Notes under the pieces: model-generated | Databases searched by the model: none | What the model was told of the DNA's origin: nothing | What the model saw: only the letters and a program-made list of their open reading frames with translations | Program-made: the position numbers and the translations under genes | Shown: positions 38,915 through 48,771 of the stretch, in pieces | Numbering within the stretch: position 1 is the first letter of the stretch | Layout: every line of letters begins with the position of its first letter | Source: Candidatus Marinacidobacterales bacterium | GTDB taxonomy: Bacteria > Acidobacteriota > Vicinamibacteria > Marinacidobacterales > DATDRI01 | Direction of reading: 5' to 3' | Length of the DNA: 64,000 nucleotides | Assembly: GCA_965226495.1 (NCBI GenBank) | Contig: OZ245365.1 | Span: 3,424,001-3,488,000, forward strand

Positions 38915-38944
38915 TTGGTTTTTCGGTGAGCCGCGATCTATAAT
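38915..38944 (+). promoter_or_regulatory. sigma-70 promoter of tatA-tatC
   Basis: TTGGTT-N18-TATAAT. Confidence 0.55.
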
Positions 38945-38952
38945 GGCTCCCT

Positions 38953-39040
38953 GACTACGTCCGGTTGTGGCAACTCCCTATTTGGGGTGACCACACGACT
39001 ACGTTGAGTCATAGCACCCCCCTATTTTGGGTGGTCGCGT
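38953..39040 (+). repeat. Imperfect 44-bp tandem repeat in the tatA leader
   Basis: Two adjacent units, 30/44 identical by manual alignment. Confidence 0.65.
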
Positions 39041-39105
39041 GCCAAGTTGGGTCGCGGCAACGCCGGTCTTGGAGACGCCAACCGGGCGGGGCTTAGGAGG
39101 CAACG

Positions 39106-39432
39106 ATGTTCGGTCCGATCGGGATGCCCGAGCTCATCATCATTTTTGTCGTTGCCCTCATCGTGTTTGGCCCCCGCAAACTACCCGACCTGGGAAAGTC
39201 TCTCGGCAAGAGCCTCGCGGAGTTCAAGCGCGCCAGCAACGACCTCCGCAGTACGCTCGAAGAAGAAATCCGGATCGAGGACCCGCCACCGAAACCGGTT
39301 CAAGCCGCCAAGCCGCCTGCCGGGCCTGCCGGAACTGCCGGGCCTGCCAAGAAAGACAATTCTCCACTTTCCAACCAGGGCCCAGCTACTCCCTCGGAAG
39401 CTCCCAAGTCGGAGCAGCCGGATTCGGAGTAG
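39106..39432 (+). CDS. tatA: Twin-arginine translocase TatA/TatB-family subunit
   Basis: MFGPIGMPEL..IFVVALIVFGPRKLPDLGKSLGK..AEFKRA; AGGAGG RBS. Confidence 0.92.
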   Translation: MFGPIGMPELIIIFVVALIVFGPRKLPDLGKSLGKSLAEFKRASNDLRSTLEEEIRIEDPPPKPVQAAKPPAGPAGTAGPAKKDNSPLSNQGPATPSEAPKSEQPDSE

Positions 39433-39486
39433 GTTCGTCCGGCCCTGATTGACCCAAGAATATTTCAAGATAGGCAAAGACTAAGA

Positions 39487-40275
39487 ATGTCGAAGCTCGG
39501 GCCGGCACCCGCCAAAATGACTTTTCTCGAGCACCTGGACGAGCTGCGACGGCGTATCATCATCTCGCTCCTTGCGGTCGTCATCGCGTTCGCCTTGTGC
39601 TTCACGTTTGCTCAGCAGATCTTCGACTTCCTCATGGGCCCCCTGCGCTCGGCCCTTCCCCCGGGCGGAAAGCTCATTGCTACCGCCGTACCCGAGATCT
39701 TTCTCCTCTACCTGAAAATGGCCTTCTTCGCGGGGATCTTCCTCGCCTTGCCGGTGATTTTGAGCCAGGTCTGGTTATTCGTGGCTCCCGGCCTCTATCG
39801 AAACGAGAAACGGTACGCGGTGCCTTTCATCTTCCTGGGCACGGGTTTCTTCCTGGGAGGAGCGTCCTTCGGACATTTTGTGGTCTTCCCCTACGCCACT
39901 CATTTCCTCACCACGTTCGGCGGCGAAGGCATCGAACCCCTTCTCACGGTCTCGCGGGTGTTCTCCTTTTACAGCAGTTTCATCCTGGGGATGGCGGTGA
40001 GCTTCCAGATACCGACCGTAGTGTTTGTCTTGGCGAGGATGGGCTTGGTGACGCCGGGGTTCCTTTGGGCCAAATTCAAGTACGCCGTACTGCTCATTTT
40101 CGTGACCGCCGCCATCATTACTCCCACTCCGGACGTGCCGACCCAATGCCTGCTAGCCTTGCCGATGATCGGGCTTTACATACTATCTATAGGTATCGCT
40201 TGGCTTTGTGGCCGAGAGCGGGAAGGCGCGAGTGAGAACGAGAAGGACGAGACCGAAGGTAGCCGCTGGGACTGA
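39487..40275 (+). CDS. tatC: Twin-arginine translocase TatC
   Basis: MTFLEHLDELRRR, FVAPGLYRNE, FQIP and AIITPTPD. Confidence 0.95.
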   Translation: MSKLGPAPAKMTFLEHLDELRRRIIISLLAVVIAFALCFTFAQQIFDFLMGPLRSALPPGGKLIATAVPEIFLLYLKMAFFAGIFLALPVILSQVWLFVAPGLYRNEKRYAVPFIFLGTGFFLGGASFGHFVVFPYATHFLTTFGGEGIEPLLTVSRVFSFYSSFILGMAVSFQIPTVVFVLARMGLVTPGFLWAKFKYAVLLIFVTAAIITPTPDVPTQCLLALPMIGLYILSIGIAWLCGREREGASENEKDETEGSRWD

Positions 40276-40300
40276 TGGAAGCCAAATTCCCCATATTCCA

Positions 40301-40330
40301 TTGACTCCCGGGACGGTTGACTGTTATATT
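40301..40330 (+). promoter_or_regulatory. sigma-70 promoter of the OmpA-family gene
   Basis: TTGACT-N18-TATATT with extended -10 TGn. Confidence 0.6.
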
Positions 40331-40482
40331 TGCCCCGTAAACGCCGGGGGTTGCCCCTACCTAAAATGAGGTCCTACAGGCATTCCCACCGGCGTAAAGA
40401 CTACGAGCGACAAAAGAGAGCAGGGTGGTCTGCGCCGGGCCACCCCAAACACCACCAGATGCAGAGAAGGAGGGTAACGCTG

Positions 40483-42105
40483 ATGAACCGCTCAGAGCGC
40501 GCGATAGCTATCGCCTTGGCGTTCTTACTGGCCGCCGCGAGCTCGGCTACTGCTCAAGATGCCCAGGACGATAAAGACGATAAAGACGACCAGAACCAGG
40601 CAGGCGGGTATTATGAAACCGTTTCCGGCCAGGCAACCCGTTGGGGTGATACCGGTTTTTTTGACGTCTTTTCTGCCTACACACTAAGCAAAGGGAAGAT
40701 ATCGGCAGCCGGATTTCGCGACAATATCGATCGCAGCCCGTTTACTTTGGATATTTCGAATTTGGTCGGGACCGTCGCCTTCGGCGCCACCGACAAGCTC
40801 GAGGTCTTCGGACGCATCGAATTCCAGAAGCGCATACTTTCCCAAACCGTCGGTGGTGCCTTGATCGCGATCTTTCCACCCCCGCACTACAACGACGAGC
40901 CGCGCGTGGACAAGAGATGGTCCTCAGGCTTCGGGGATGTTTCGTTCGGCGGCAAGTACAACATCATGTCCGAGTACGACGAAGCTGCTGTCGGTCTCGG
41001 CGTCCGGGGATTCGTCAAGATCGCCAGCGCCGATGGAGATGAAGGGCTCGGAACGGGCTCGGCCTCGGGGGGTGCTCACGTCGTACTCTCCAAGAACCTG
41101 GGTGAGATGGTCGAGTCGTCCTACTATGCGGGCTTTCAGTTGAACGGCGGGCCTGCCGACGCGGGCTTTAACATCGGAAACGCCTTCCAGTGGGGTGCGG
41201 GTTTCAGCCTCCCGCGCGAGGGCAGGATTCGTGGCATCGCCGAGATCACCGGCCAATCGTTCACCGGGACCGCCTACGACCAGACCGATCCGGTCGACCT
41301 CCTGCTCGGCCTGACATTCCATGCCCGAGAGGGCTTGTTCGTGACCGCTGGATGGCGCACGAACCTCAACCTCGGCATCGAGGGTGAGACCGCTTCCGGA
41401 TTCAACGTTGCCGTCGGTTATCACCCTGGAACCCGCGGCAAGTACATTGCGCCTCCACCGCCGCCAGACAACAGGCCTCCGACGGTTCAAGTCACGGCCA
41501 ACCCGCCCGAGGTCGAAGAAGGAAACGATTCGACCGTCACCGCAGACGGCAACGACCCGGACGGCGATCCGCTGACCTACAGCTGGCGAGCACCGGACGG
41601 TCGCATCACTGGAAGCGGGCCGCGGGTCACTTGGACGGCGCCCACCGCTACCGAGGGCAGCTTCCCGGTCACGGCGACTGTGGATGACGGCCGTGGAGGA
41701 ACCGCCTCCGACACTGTGAACATCCGCGTGCATCGTAAGGTCGTGAAGGCGATTGAGTTCGAGGACGTCCACTTCCTCTTCGACCAACACGATCTGACCG
41801 ACGAGGCGAGAAGGATTCTCGATCAGGTCGCGGCGCAGCTGAAGGACAACCCGAACCTCAAGATCGAGGTCGAAGGCCACTGCTGCAGCATTGCGACCGA
41901 GGAATATAACCTATCGCTGGGTGCTCGGAGAGCCGATACGGTGAAGACCTACCTGGGGCGTGCCGGAATCAGCGAATCGCGACTCAGCACGATCAGTTAC
42001 GGCGAGTCCCGGCCCGCCTACGACAATTCGCGCGAGGTGACTCGCCGACTGAATCGGCGCGGGCATCTGCGAGTGCTGGTCACCGCACCGAACGACGACG
42101 AATAA
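40483..42105 (+). CDS. OmpA-family outer membrane protein (beta-barrel, PKD/Ig-like domain, OmpA C-terminal domain)
   Basis: AGGAGG RBS, start MNRSERA, signal peptide; DPDGDPLTYSW Ig motif; VHFLFD..EGH..YNL.LG.RRA..SYGE.RP..NRR. Confidence 0.88.
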   Translation: MNRSERAIAIALAFLLAAASSATAQDAQDDKDDKDDQNQAGGYYETVSGQATRWGDTGFFDVFSAYTLSKGKISAAGFRDNIDRSPFTLDISNLVGTVAFGATDKLEVFGRIEFQKRILSQTVGGALIAIFPPPHYNDEPRVDKRWSSGFGDVSFGGKYNIMSEYDEAAVGLGVRGFVKIASADGDEGLGTGSASGGAHVVLSKNLGEMVESSYYAGFQLNGGPADAGFNIGNAFQWGAGFSLPREGRIRGIAEITGQSFTGTAYDQTDPVDLLLGLTFHAREGLFVTAGWRTNLNLGIEGETASGFNVAVGYHPGTRGKYIAPPPPPDNRPPTVQVTANPPEVEEGNDSTVTADGNDPDGDPLTYSWRAPDGRITGSGPRVTWTAPTATEGSFPVTATVDDGRGGTASDTVNIRVHRKVVKAIEFEDVHFLFDQHDLTDEARRILDQVAAQLKDNPNLKIEVEGHCCSIATEEYNLSLGARRADTVKTYLGRAGISESRLSTISYGESRPAYDNSREVTRRLNRRGHLRVLVTAPNDDE

Positions 42106-42120
42106 GAAGTCCTAGAACGC

Positions 42121-42160
42121 AAAAAGCCCGGGTTGGCCGATGGCCGCCCGGGCTTTTTTT
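42121..42160. terminator. Bidirectional-type intrinsic terminator
   Basis: AAAAAGCCCGGG...CCCGGGCTTTTTTT after the OmpA stop. Confidence 0.85.
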
Positions 42161-42252
42161 ATTCGGGGTAGTTTGATGACATCGGTTCTCGAGAAGAAAT
42201 AGACGCCCGATTTGCGTCGGCGCCAAGCCGCCCAATTTGGTAGTAATAGAGA

Positions 42253-42618
42253 ATGTTGCTTGACTTGCCGAACGATGATGCCCTGTACCAGGCGCTGATC
42301 GCCCGCGATCCCTCTTTTGAGGGGCTTGCCTGGGTTGGCGTAAGCAGTACCGGCGTTTTCTGCCGACTGACCTGCCCGGCAAGAAAACCCAAACGAGAAA
42401 ACAGCCGGTTCTTCGCAAGTGTTGCCGCGTGTCTGGATGCCGGATTTCGCCCCTGTAAACGATGCCGTCCACTGGTCTCTGCCGGCGAAGCGGATCCCAT
42501 GGTTCGATCCTTGATCGATGAGCTCGAGCACGACCCATCGAGGCGTTGGTGTGAAGAGGATCACGAGCGTAAGTACGCTCGTCACGGGACTTCGAACTGT
42601 AAGGAGTCGGCGAGTTGA
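42253..42618 (+). pseudogene. ada: Truncated Ada (N-terminal Zn-binding methylphosphotriester-repair domain only)
   Basis: RDPSFEG..VGVSSTGVFCRLTCPARKP..F...AGFRPCKRCRP. Homology stops near 42560; no AraC HTH or methyltransferase follows. Confidence 0.7.
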
Positions 42619-43037
42619 AGTTTCTCGTCTTTCGAGAAATTCGCGACGACTTCGACGACGTACTTCGCTTTGCGCATCGGCCCATAGCTGGGACAGGGAT
42701 CTTCCTGACACGGAGGCACCGCTCTCTCGATGTGTACGATCCTTTTTTTCGCGGATAGCCAGATGATATCGATGGGGAACCGGCAGTTCTTCATCCAGAA
42801 GGCGTGGAAATCCGCCTGCGGAAATACGAATAGCATGCCCCGGCTCGAGTCCAAGCTGTCCCGAAACATCAATCCTCGCGCTCGCTGATCGGAAGTGACA
42901 GCCAGCTCCGCCTGAACCTGGCGACCGGAGGGAAAGCCGAGCATGGTCTCCTCGAGCTTTTCTTGGGCAGCCTGTCCGTAGAATCCAAACAGGCTCGCGA
43001 CGACAGCAAGAAACAAAGGCGACATTGAGGCACTCAT
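42582..43037 (-). CDS. DUF192 family protein
   Basis: RARGLMFRDSL...GMLFVF...FWMKN..FPIDIIW...YVVEV. Confidence 0.9.
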   Translation of the reverse strand: MSASMSPLFLAVVASLFGFYGQAAQEKLEETMLGFPSGRQVQAELAVTSDQRARGLMFRDSLDSSRGMLFVFPQADFHAFWMKNCRFPIDIIWLSAKKRIVHIERAVPPCQEDPCPSYGPMRKAKYVVEVVANFSKDEKLQLADSLQFEVP

Positions 43038-43792
43038 GTCGAGTCACCCACCAAGGGGACGAATCGTACGGAGGCGATCCGCTCAACTCGAACGCCATCG
43101 GCTTCCTTGGTATGCACTTCGAGCTCTTGGCTGGTGATACCGACCGGGATGACGAGCCGCCCCCCTTCCACGAGCTGCTCGAGGAGCCTGGGTGGCACTC
43201 GAGGGGGCGCCGCGGTTACGAGAATGCCATCGTACGGAGCGTGCTCTGCCCAGCCGTGATTGCCGTCGCCGACCCGGATGTGAACGTTGCGGTAGCCCAG
43301 CTCCTCCATGATCGCCCCGGCCTGATCGGCTAGATTGGGCAGGAATTCTATCGAATACACTTCCTCGACAAGCTCCGCCAGGATCGCAGTCTGATAGCCG
43401 GAGCCCGTGCCCACTTCCAAAACGGTCTCTCCCCCCTCGAGCCGTAATGCCTCGGTCATGAGAGCAACGATGTACGGCTGGGAGATCGTTTGGCCTTCGC
43501 CGACGGGAAGAGGGTGATCGCCATAGGCGGCGGCACGTTGCGATTCGTTTATGAAACGATGTCGCTCGACCTTACGCATTGCGGCCAGGACGCGAGGATC
43601 TCGAACACCTCGACGAACCACCTGCTGGAGGACCATCCGTTCACGCTCAGCCGGGTAGCTGGCGTCCTCGGGCCGGCCTCCGTTTCCTTTAAATAGAGCT
43701 AGGCCCAGGCCGACGGCCGCATAGACCCAGCCCGAAAGCAGCGCTAATAGGCCTTGGCAAAATAGACGCGACGCGCGCCTCCCTTGTTGCAC
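43034..43792 (-). CDS. pcm: Protein-L-isoaspartate O-methyltransferase (true start probably near 43740)
   Basis: GQTISQPYIVALMT, VLEVGTGSGYQTA, GDG..GW...APYD.I.VTAA and VRFVPL. Confidence 0.93.
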   Translation of the reverse strand: MQQGRRASRLFCQGLLALLSGWVYAAVGLGLALFKGNGGRPEDASYPAERERMVLQQVVRRGVRDPRVLAAMRKVERHRFINESQRAAAYGDHPLPVGEGQTISQPYIVALMTEALRLEGGETVLEVGTGSGYQTAILAELVEEVYSIEFLPNLADQAGAIMEELGYRNVHIRVGDGNHGWAEHAPYDGILVTAAPPRVPPRLLEQLVEGGRLVIPVGITSQELEVHTKEADGVRVERIASVRFVPLVGDST

Positions 43793-45198
43793 ACCACACA
43801 GTTTAAATCCGGGCTACTGTCGACCGGAATCACTCGGATGGTTGCGGTGGTGTCCGCTTTCACCTGGTCCTCGCACTCCGTGCTCCCGCACCACGGCGCG
43901 ATAATGAAGCCGCGGCGATCGTTCATAACACCCTTGAGCTCCTCATAATCGGAGACTTCCGTAGTGTTGTCGTCCAAGAACTCTTTCGCTTTGTTGAAGA
44001 GGTTCTTTTGGATCTCTTGGAGAAGTGCCGGTACTTCTTCGGTGATAGAGCCCCACAAAATGGGGGCCTTGGTTCGGTTGTCCCGACGAGCGGAGAACAC
44101 CTGAGATTTCTTGACGTCCTTCGGCCCAATCTCCAGCCGAAGCGGCACGCCACGCATCTCCCACTCCGCGTACTTCCAACCCGGTGTGTACTCTTCACGA
44201 TCGTCGAGCTTCACGCGGACTCCTGCGGCGGAAAGTCTGGCGGTGATCTCGCGCGCATGGGGCAGAACCGTCTCTTTCCAGTCCCCCACCGGAATCGGAA
44301 TCACCACTGCCTGAATCGGCGCCACGCGCGGCGGCAAAACGAGCCCGGATTCGTCGCCGTGCACCATGATCAACGCCCCGATCAAACGCGTGGTCACGCC
44401 AAACGAGGTTTGGTGTGGATGTTTGAGCTTTTGATCCTTGTCCTCGAACTGAATGCCGAACGCACGAGCGAAATGCTGTCCCAGATTGTGTGACGTGCCG
44501 GCTTGGAGCGCACGGCCGTCGGACATCAGGGCCTCCAGCGCGTACGTGCGGAGTGCCCCCGCGAATTTCTCCTGGTCGGACTTCACCCCGGTGATCACCG
44601 GGATGGCAAGCTCATTCTCCACGAGATCCTTGTAGATCCCGAGCGCCAGGAGTGTCTCCTCTTCCGCTTCTTCGGCGGTGGCATGGACGGTGTGCCCTTC
44701 TTGCCACAAAAACTCCGCCGTGCGTAGAAAAGGGCGGGTTACCTTCTCCCACCTCACCACATTGCTCCACTGGTTGATGAGGATGGGTAGATCTCTCCAA
44801 GAGTGCACCCACTTGGCGTACATACTCCCAATAATGGCCTCTGAAGTGGGTCGAACCGCGAGCGGCTCCTCGAGCTCTTCTTCTCCCCCGCGGGTAACCC
44901 AAGCCACTTGCGGAGCGAAGCCCTTCACATGCTCGGCCTCCTTCTCCAGCAGGCTCTTTGGGATGAAGAGCGGAAAATACGCGTTCTGGTGACCGGTCTC
45001 CTTGAGGCGCCGGTCCAAAGCGTCGCGAGTGAGCTCCCAGACGGCGTAACCGTAGGGTCGGATTGCCATGCACCCTCTCACCGTTGTGTAGTCGGCCATC
45101 TCGGCCTTGCGGATGACATCCAGGTACCAACGAGAAAAGTCCTCCGATTTGGGCGTGATCTCTTTGACGAAAACTTGCTTGTCGGGTTTATCGGGCAT
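43744..45198 (-). CDS. proS: Prolyl-tRNA synthetase, archaeal/eukaryote-like type
   Basis: RPTSE, QWSNVVRWE, RPFLRTAEFLWQEGHT, QAGTSHNLGQ; C-terminal Zn domain ending FAKAY; start MPDKP. Confidence 0.96.
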   Translation of the reverse strand: MPDKPDKQVFVKEITPKSEDFSRWYLDVIRKAEMADYTTVRGCMAIRPYGYAVWELTRDALDRRLKETGHQNAYFPLFIPKSLLEKEAEHVKGFAPQVAWVTRGGEEELEEPLAVRPTSEAIIGSMYAKWVHSWRDLPILINQWSNVVRWEKVTRPFLRTAEFLWQEGHTVHATAEEAEEETLLALGIYKDLVENELAIPVITGVKSDQEKFAGALRTYALEALMSDGRALQAGTSHNLGQHFARAFGIQFEDKDQKLKHPHQTSFGVTTRLIGALIMVHGDESGLVLPPRVAPIQAVVIPIPVGDWKETVLPHAREITARLSAAGVRVKLDDREEYTPGWKYAEWEMRGVPLRLEIGPKDVKKSQVFSARRDNRTKAPILWGSITEEVPALLQEIQKNLFNKAKEFLDDNTTEVSDYEELKGVMNDRRGFIIAPWCGSTECEDQVKADTTATIRVIPVDSSPDLNCVVCNKGGARRVYFAKAY

Positions 45199-45418
45199 GC
45201 CTTTGTCTTTCTCTATCCATCCTTGAGTGGTCGCATTCACTTTCGCGCCGCTCGCCGGAAAGTGTAGCACAACTGGAAGATCGCAACGCTAGAGGGAGGT
45301 TTCGTCTCGCGGATTTCGTCTAGAGCTGTGAGGGGCGCCGTCCACCGCGGCGTCACTTTTGGGGCGAGCCCGGGATCTCCGAGCCCGCCGAGCTCAAAAA
45401 AAGGGGGTTCTAGTGAGA

Positions 45419-45940
45419 ATGACGTTCCTCATCGTGTTGCTCTGTCTGATACCGGCACTATTGATAGCTTATGACCTGAATGAGGTCGCGAGAAAGGAAC
45501 GGGCACGTCGCCAGGAATTATCTACTCCGCAACGCGTGCAGATTCGGGCGTTCAAGGATGCCGACCTGGAGGTCTATCACCGACTTCGAGGCGACTCCCC
45601 TAAATCAAGCCAAGAGTCACGCCAGGATTCACGAGGCAAACGCTCCAGGCGTGCCCTTCTGCCGTCACGTGATCTCGTCAAGGAACGGGCCCATTGGCAG
45701 AAAGAGAGGACGAAGCACGAACGGGAGCAGGCTCGCATCGATGCCAGCATCCGGCGGCTGGAGCGGCGCTTGGCCGAGCGAAAAGCAAAGAGAAGGCCTG
45801 GGGAGCGCCTCCGGAAGGACGCCACCGAGGAGGTACTCGAGGAATCGCTTCTGTCATTGCGCGAACATCGAACCCGGCTCATCGACTCGTTTCACGAAAG
45901 GGCACGCAAGGCGGGCGCGCTTCCCGGCTGGCTGAGATAG
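45419..45940 (+). CDS. Exported coiled-coil hypothetical protein ending ARKAGALPGWLR
   Basis: Signal-like N-terminus; shares N- and C-terminal motifs with 56922-57458. Confidence 0.65.
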   Translation: MTFLIVLLCLIPALLIAYDLNEVARKERARRQELSTPQRVQIRAFKDADLEVYHRLRGDSPKSSQESRQDSRGKRSRRALLPSRDLVKERAHWQKERTKHEREQARIDASIRRLERRLAERKAKRRPGERLRKDATEEVLEESLLSLREHRTRLIDSFHERARKAGALPGWLR

Positions 45941-46052
45941 TTAGCGGACACTCCGGAATCGCGCTACCGCCGGTGCGGGCACTGGTCCTGAATGGGTCAT
46001 CAATGGGTCATCAATTGATTAGGGGGCGCCTGTTCCAGTATGATTTTTCGCA

Positions 46053-47162
46053 ATGACTATTCGAGCCGTGCGAAGACTCCAAGGATCTAAAGATTCCTAT
46101 CCGGTTCTCCTAGGCGATGGGCTCTTGAACCAAGTGGGACCGAGGCTCCGAGCGTTATGGGGCCGCAGGCGAATCGTCGTGATCACCCATCGGAAGATCG
46201 ATCGCCTTTATGGTGGTCGCCTTCGCTCGACGATCGCCCAATCGGGGCTCGATAGCCACTTTCTGTTCATTCCCGAAGGGGAGCGCGTCAAGAACCTCGA
46301 CACGGTGCAAAAGCTCTACGATGGACTCCTCCGCCATCACATCGGGCGGGAAGACGGCCTGGTGGCGTTGGGCGGCGGTGTCGTGGGAGACACGGCCGGT
46401 TTCGTCGCTGCCACCTTCCTTCGCGGTGTGGATTATGCGCAAGTGCCCACGACGTTGCTCGCCCAGATCGATAGCGCATTGGGGGCGAAGGTCGGGGTCA
46501 ATCTTCCGCGGGGCAAGAACCTGGTGGGAGCGTTCTATCGGCCCGCCGCCGTCTGGATCGATCCGTCGGTCCTGGTCACGCTTCCCCGGCGCGAGTTTCG
46601 CTCGGGGTTATTCGAGATGCTGAAGTACGGTTTCATTGGCTCGGTCTCGCTCTTTCGCGAGATGGAGAACTCTCCGTCTTTTTTCAAACCTCGAAGTCCA
46701 GCACTCATGCGAGCCATCGCCGTATCGGCCCGCATGAAACTTCGCATAGTCGCCGAGGACGAGCGGGAGTCGGGGCTGCGGCGCGTTTTGAACTTCGGAC
46801 ACACCGTCGGTCATGGGCTCGAGGCCGCTGGAGATTACCGCCGGTTTAGTCACGGCGAAGCGGTCGGGTGGGGCATGATCGCGGCGTGCCGGTTGTCACA
46901 CCGTCGCAAGCTTATCGGGCTTTCACTCTGCGAGAGGATGGAAGCTGCGGTACGTGGGCTGGCTCCGCTCCCAAGTGTGGGCACACTCCGGTTGGACCGA
47001 GCGCTCCGCGCCATCGATCATGACAAGAAGATCGGTCCCCGGGGAATCCGATTCATTCTTCCGACCGCTCTCGGCAAAGTTACCGTCGTCGAAAGTGTTT
47101 CGCGAGACGACATCCGCTTAGCCATAGAAAGCCTCGGGGTGGGGCGCCGAAACCATGCCTGA
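46053..47162 (+). CDS. aroB: 3-dehydroquinate synthase
   Basis: ALGGGVVGD..GF.AA...RG...QVPTTLLAQ.DS, KNLVGAF, LNFGHT.GH and HGEAV. Confidence 0.95.
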   Translation: MTIRAVRRLQGSKDSYPVLLGDGLLNQVGPRLRALWGRRRIVVITHRKIDRLYGGRLRSTIAQSGLDSHFLFIPEGERVKNLDTVQKLYDGLLRHHIGREDGLVALGGGVVGDTAGFVAATFLRGVDYAQVPTTLLAQIDSALGAKVGVNLPRGKNLVGAFYRPAAVWIDPSVLVTLPRREFRSGLFEMLKYGFIGSVSLFREMENSPSFFKPRSPALMRAIAVSARMKLRIVAEDERESGLRRVLNFGHTVGHGLEAAGDYRRFSHGEAVGWGMIAACRLSHRRKLIGLSLCERMEAAVRGLAPLPSVGTLRLDRALRAIDHDKKIGPRGIRFILPTALGKVTVVESVSRDDIRLAIESLGVGRRNHA

Positions 47163-47844
47163 AGCGTCCACCGTGCGACGCATGTTCGCGGGAGTCGCCC
47201 CGCGCTACGACTTGCTGAATCGCGTGCTCAGCCTCGGTATCGACCGCCGTTGGCGACGGGATGTCGTCTCGGGCCTGAAACTAAAGCCATCCGATCGGGT
47301 CCTCGACTTGTGTTGTGGGACGGGAGATCTCGCTTTGGAATTAGCCCCGCACGCACGTTGCTTGGCGTGCGACTTCACCTGGGAGATGTTGACCCGAGCC
47401 AAGGCGAAGTCCACTCGGGCTGGTCAGGCTGGTCAGGCACTCCACCTAGCGGCGGCGGACGCCCTGCGTCTGCCTTTTGCCGCCCATCAGTTCGATGCCG
47501 CGACCGTCGGTTTTGGGGTGAGGAACCTGGAGGATTTGGCGGCCGGTTTGCGTGAGTTCCGCCGCGTGCTTCGGGCGAATGGCCCGCTCGTTATCTTGGA
47601 GTTCTCACAACCGACCCATCCCCTGCTTCGTCTCCCGTACCAAGCCTACCTCCACGGATTGCTACCACTCATCGGTCGGATGGTGAGCACAAGGAAAGAG
47701 GCGTATCGTTATCTGGCGGAATCCATCGCCGGGTTTCCGGACCCCGAGGCCCTCAGTGCCATCCTGGCCGCAGAAGGATTCCGAAACATCCACTACCGGC
47801 GACTTACGGGAGGCATCGTCGCCATACACACCGCGACGGCCTGA
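47155..47844 (+). CDS. ubiE: UbiE/MenG-family methyltransferase
   Basis: YDLLNRVLSLG.DRRWR, LDLCCGTGD, FGVRN, LEFS and AYRYL.ESI. Confidence 0.92.
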   Translation: MPEASTVRRMFAGVAPRYDLLNRVLSLGIDRRWRRDVVSGLKLKPSDRVLDLCCGTGDLALELAPHARCLACDFTWEMLTRAKAKSTRAGQAGQALHLAAADALRLPFAAHQFDAATVGFGVRNLEDLAAGLREFRRVLRANGPLVILEFSQPTHPLLRLPYQAYLHGLLPLIGRMVSTRKEAYRYLAESIAGFPDPEALSAILAAEGFRNIHYRRLTGGIVAIHTATA

Positions 47845-47847
47845 GGG

Positions 47848-48771
47848 TTAGTGCTTCATCAAAAAATGAAGGATAGCCTTTTGGACGTGAAGCCGGTTCT
47901 CGGCCTGATCGAACACGATACTTTGCGGCCCGTCCAGGACCTCGGCGGAGACCTCTTCCTCTCGGTGGGCGGGCAAGCAGTGCATGAACACAGCGTCTGG
48001 TTTGGCCCTCGCCATGAGTGAGGCGTTTACTTGATAGGGCTGGAAGATGCCCTTGCGTTGCTCTGCCTCCGCCTCTTGTCCCATTGACGCCCAGACGTCA
48101 GTGTAGACGACGTCGGCCCCCTCTACCGCGATCCCCGGATCCTCGGTGAGCGTCACTTGCACTCCCACCTTCTGCGCCTCTCGCTGCACGCTCTTCATGA
48201 TGATCGACTTCGGCTGGTACGCCTCAGGCGTTGCTACCGCCATGTGCATTCCAAGCTTGGTGGCACCGTAGAGCAGTGAATGGCACATGTTGTTCCCATC
48301 ACCGACGTAGGCGATCTTACGCCCTTTGAGCGGTTGCTTCTGCTCCAACAACGTGAAGTAGTCGGCCAATGCTTGGCAGGGGTGCAAGAGATCGGAGAGC
48401 CCGTTGATCACGGGAACCGTCGCGTCACGGGCTAACTCGACGATGTCCTGATGGGCGTGCGTGCGAGCCATAATCCCGTTCACGTATCGAGACAGAACGC
48501 GCGCGGTATCACCGACTGTCTCGCCACGTCCAAGCTGCATATCGTTGCCGCTCAAGTGAAGACCGATTCCACCGAGTTGATAGATTCCAACTTCAAAAGA
48601 AACCCGGGTACGCGTCGAAGGCTTTTGGAAGATCATGGCCAGTGTCTTGCCCGCCAGCGCGTCACGATACCCATCCGGCGACCGCTTCATGTCCGCCGCC
48701 AGTTTGAACAGCTCCGCGATGTCGGCGGCGCTCAGGTCTCGAATCGAGGTGAGGTGTCGGAGGCTCATCAC
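47848..48771 (-). CDS. argF: Ornithine carbamoyltransferase
   Basis: STRTR, HPCQALAD, GDGNN, TDVWASMG, HCLP and QAENRLH. Confidence 0.96.
   Translation of the reverse strand: MMSLRHLTSIRDLSAADIAELFKLAADMKRSPDGYRDALAGKTLAMIFQKPSTRTRVSFEVGIYQLGGIGLHLSGNDMQLGRGETVGDTARVLSRYVNGIMARTHAHQDIVELARDATVPVINGLSDLLHPCQALADYFTLLEQKQPLKGRKIAYVGDGNNMCHSLLYGATKLGMHMAVATPEAYQPKSIIMKSVQREAQKVGVQVTLTEDPGIAVEGADVVYTDVWASMGQEAEAEQRKGIFQPYQVNASLMARAKPDAVFMHCLPAHREEEVSAEVLDGPQSIVFDQAENRLHVQKAILHFLMKH

Noticed and set aside
38953-39040. Possible mini-CRISPR or guanidine-II riboswitch
   Set aside because: Only two adjacent degenerate units, no spacers or cas genes; loops are not ACGR tetraloops.
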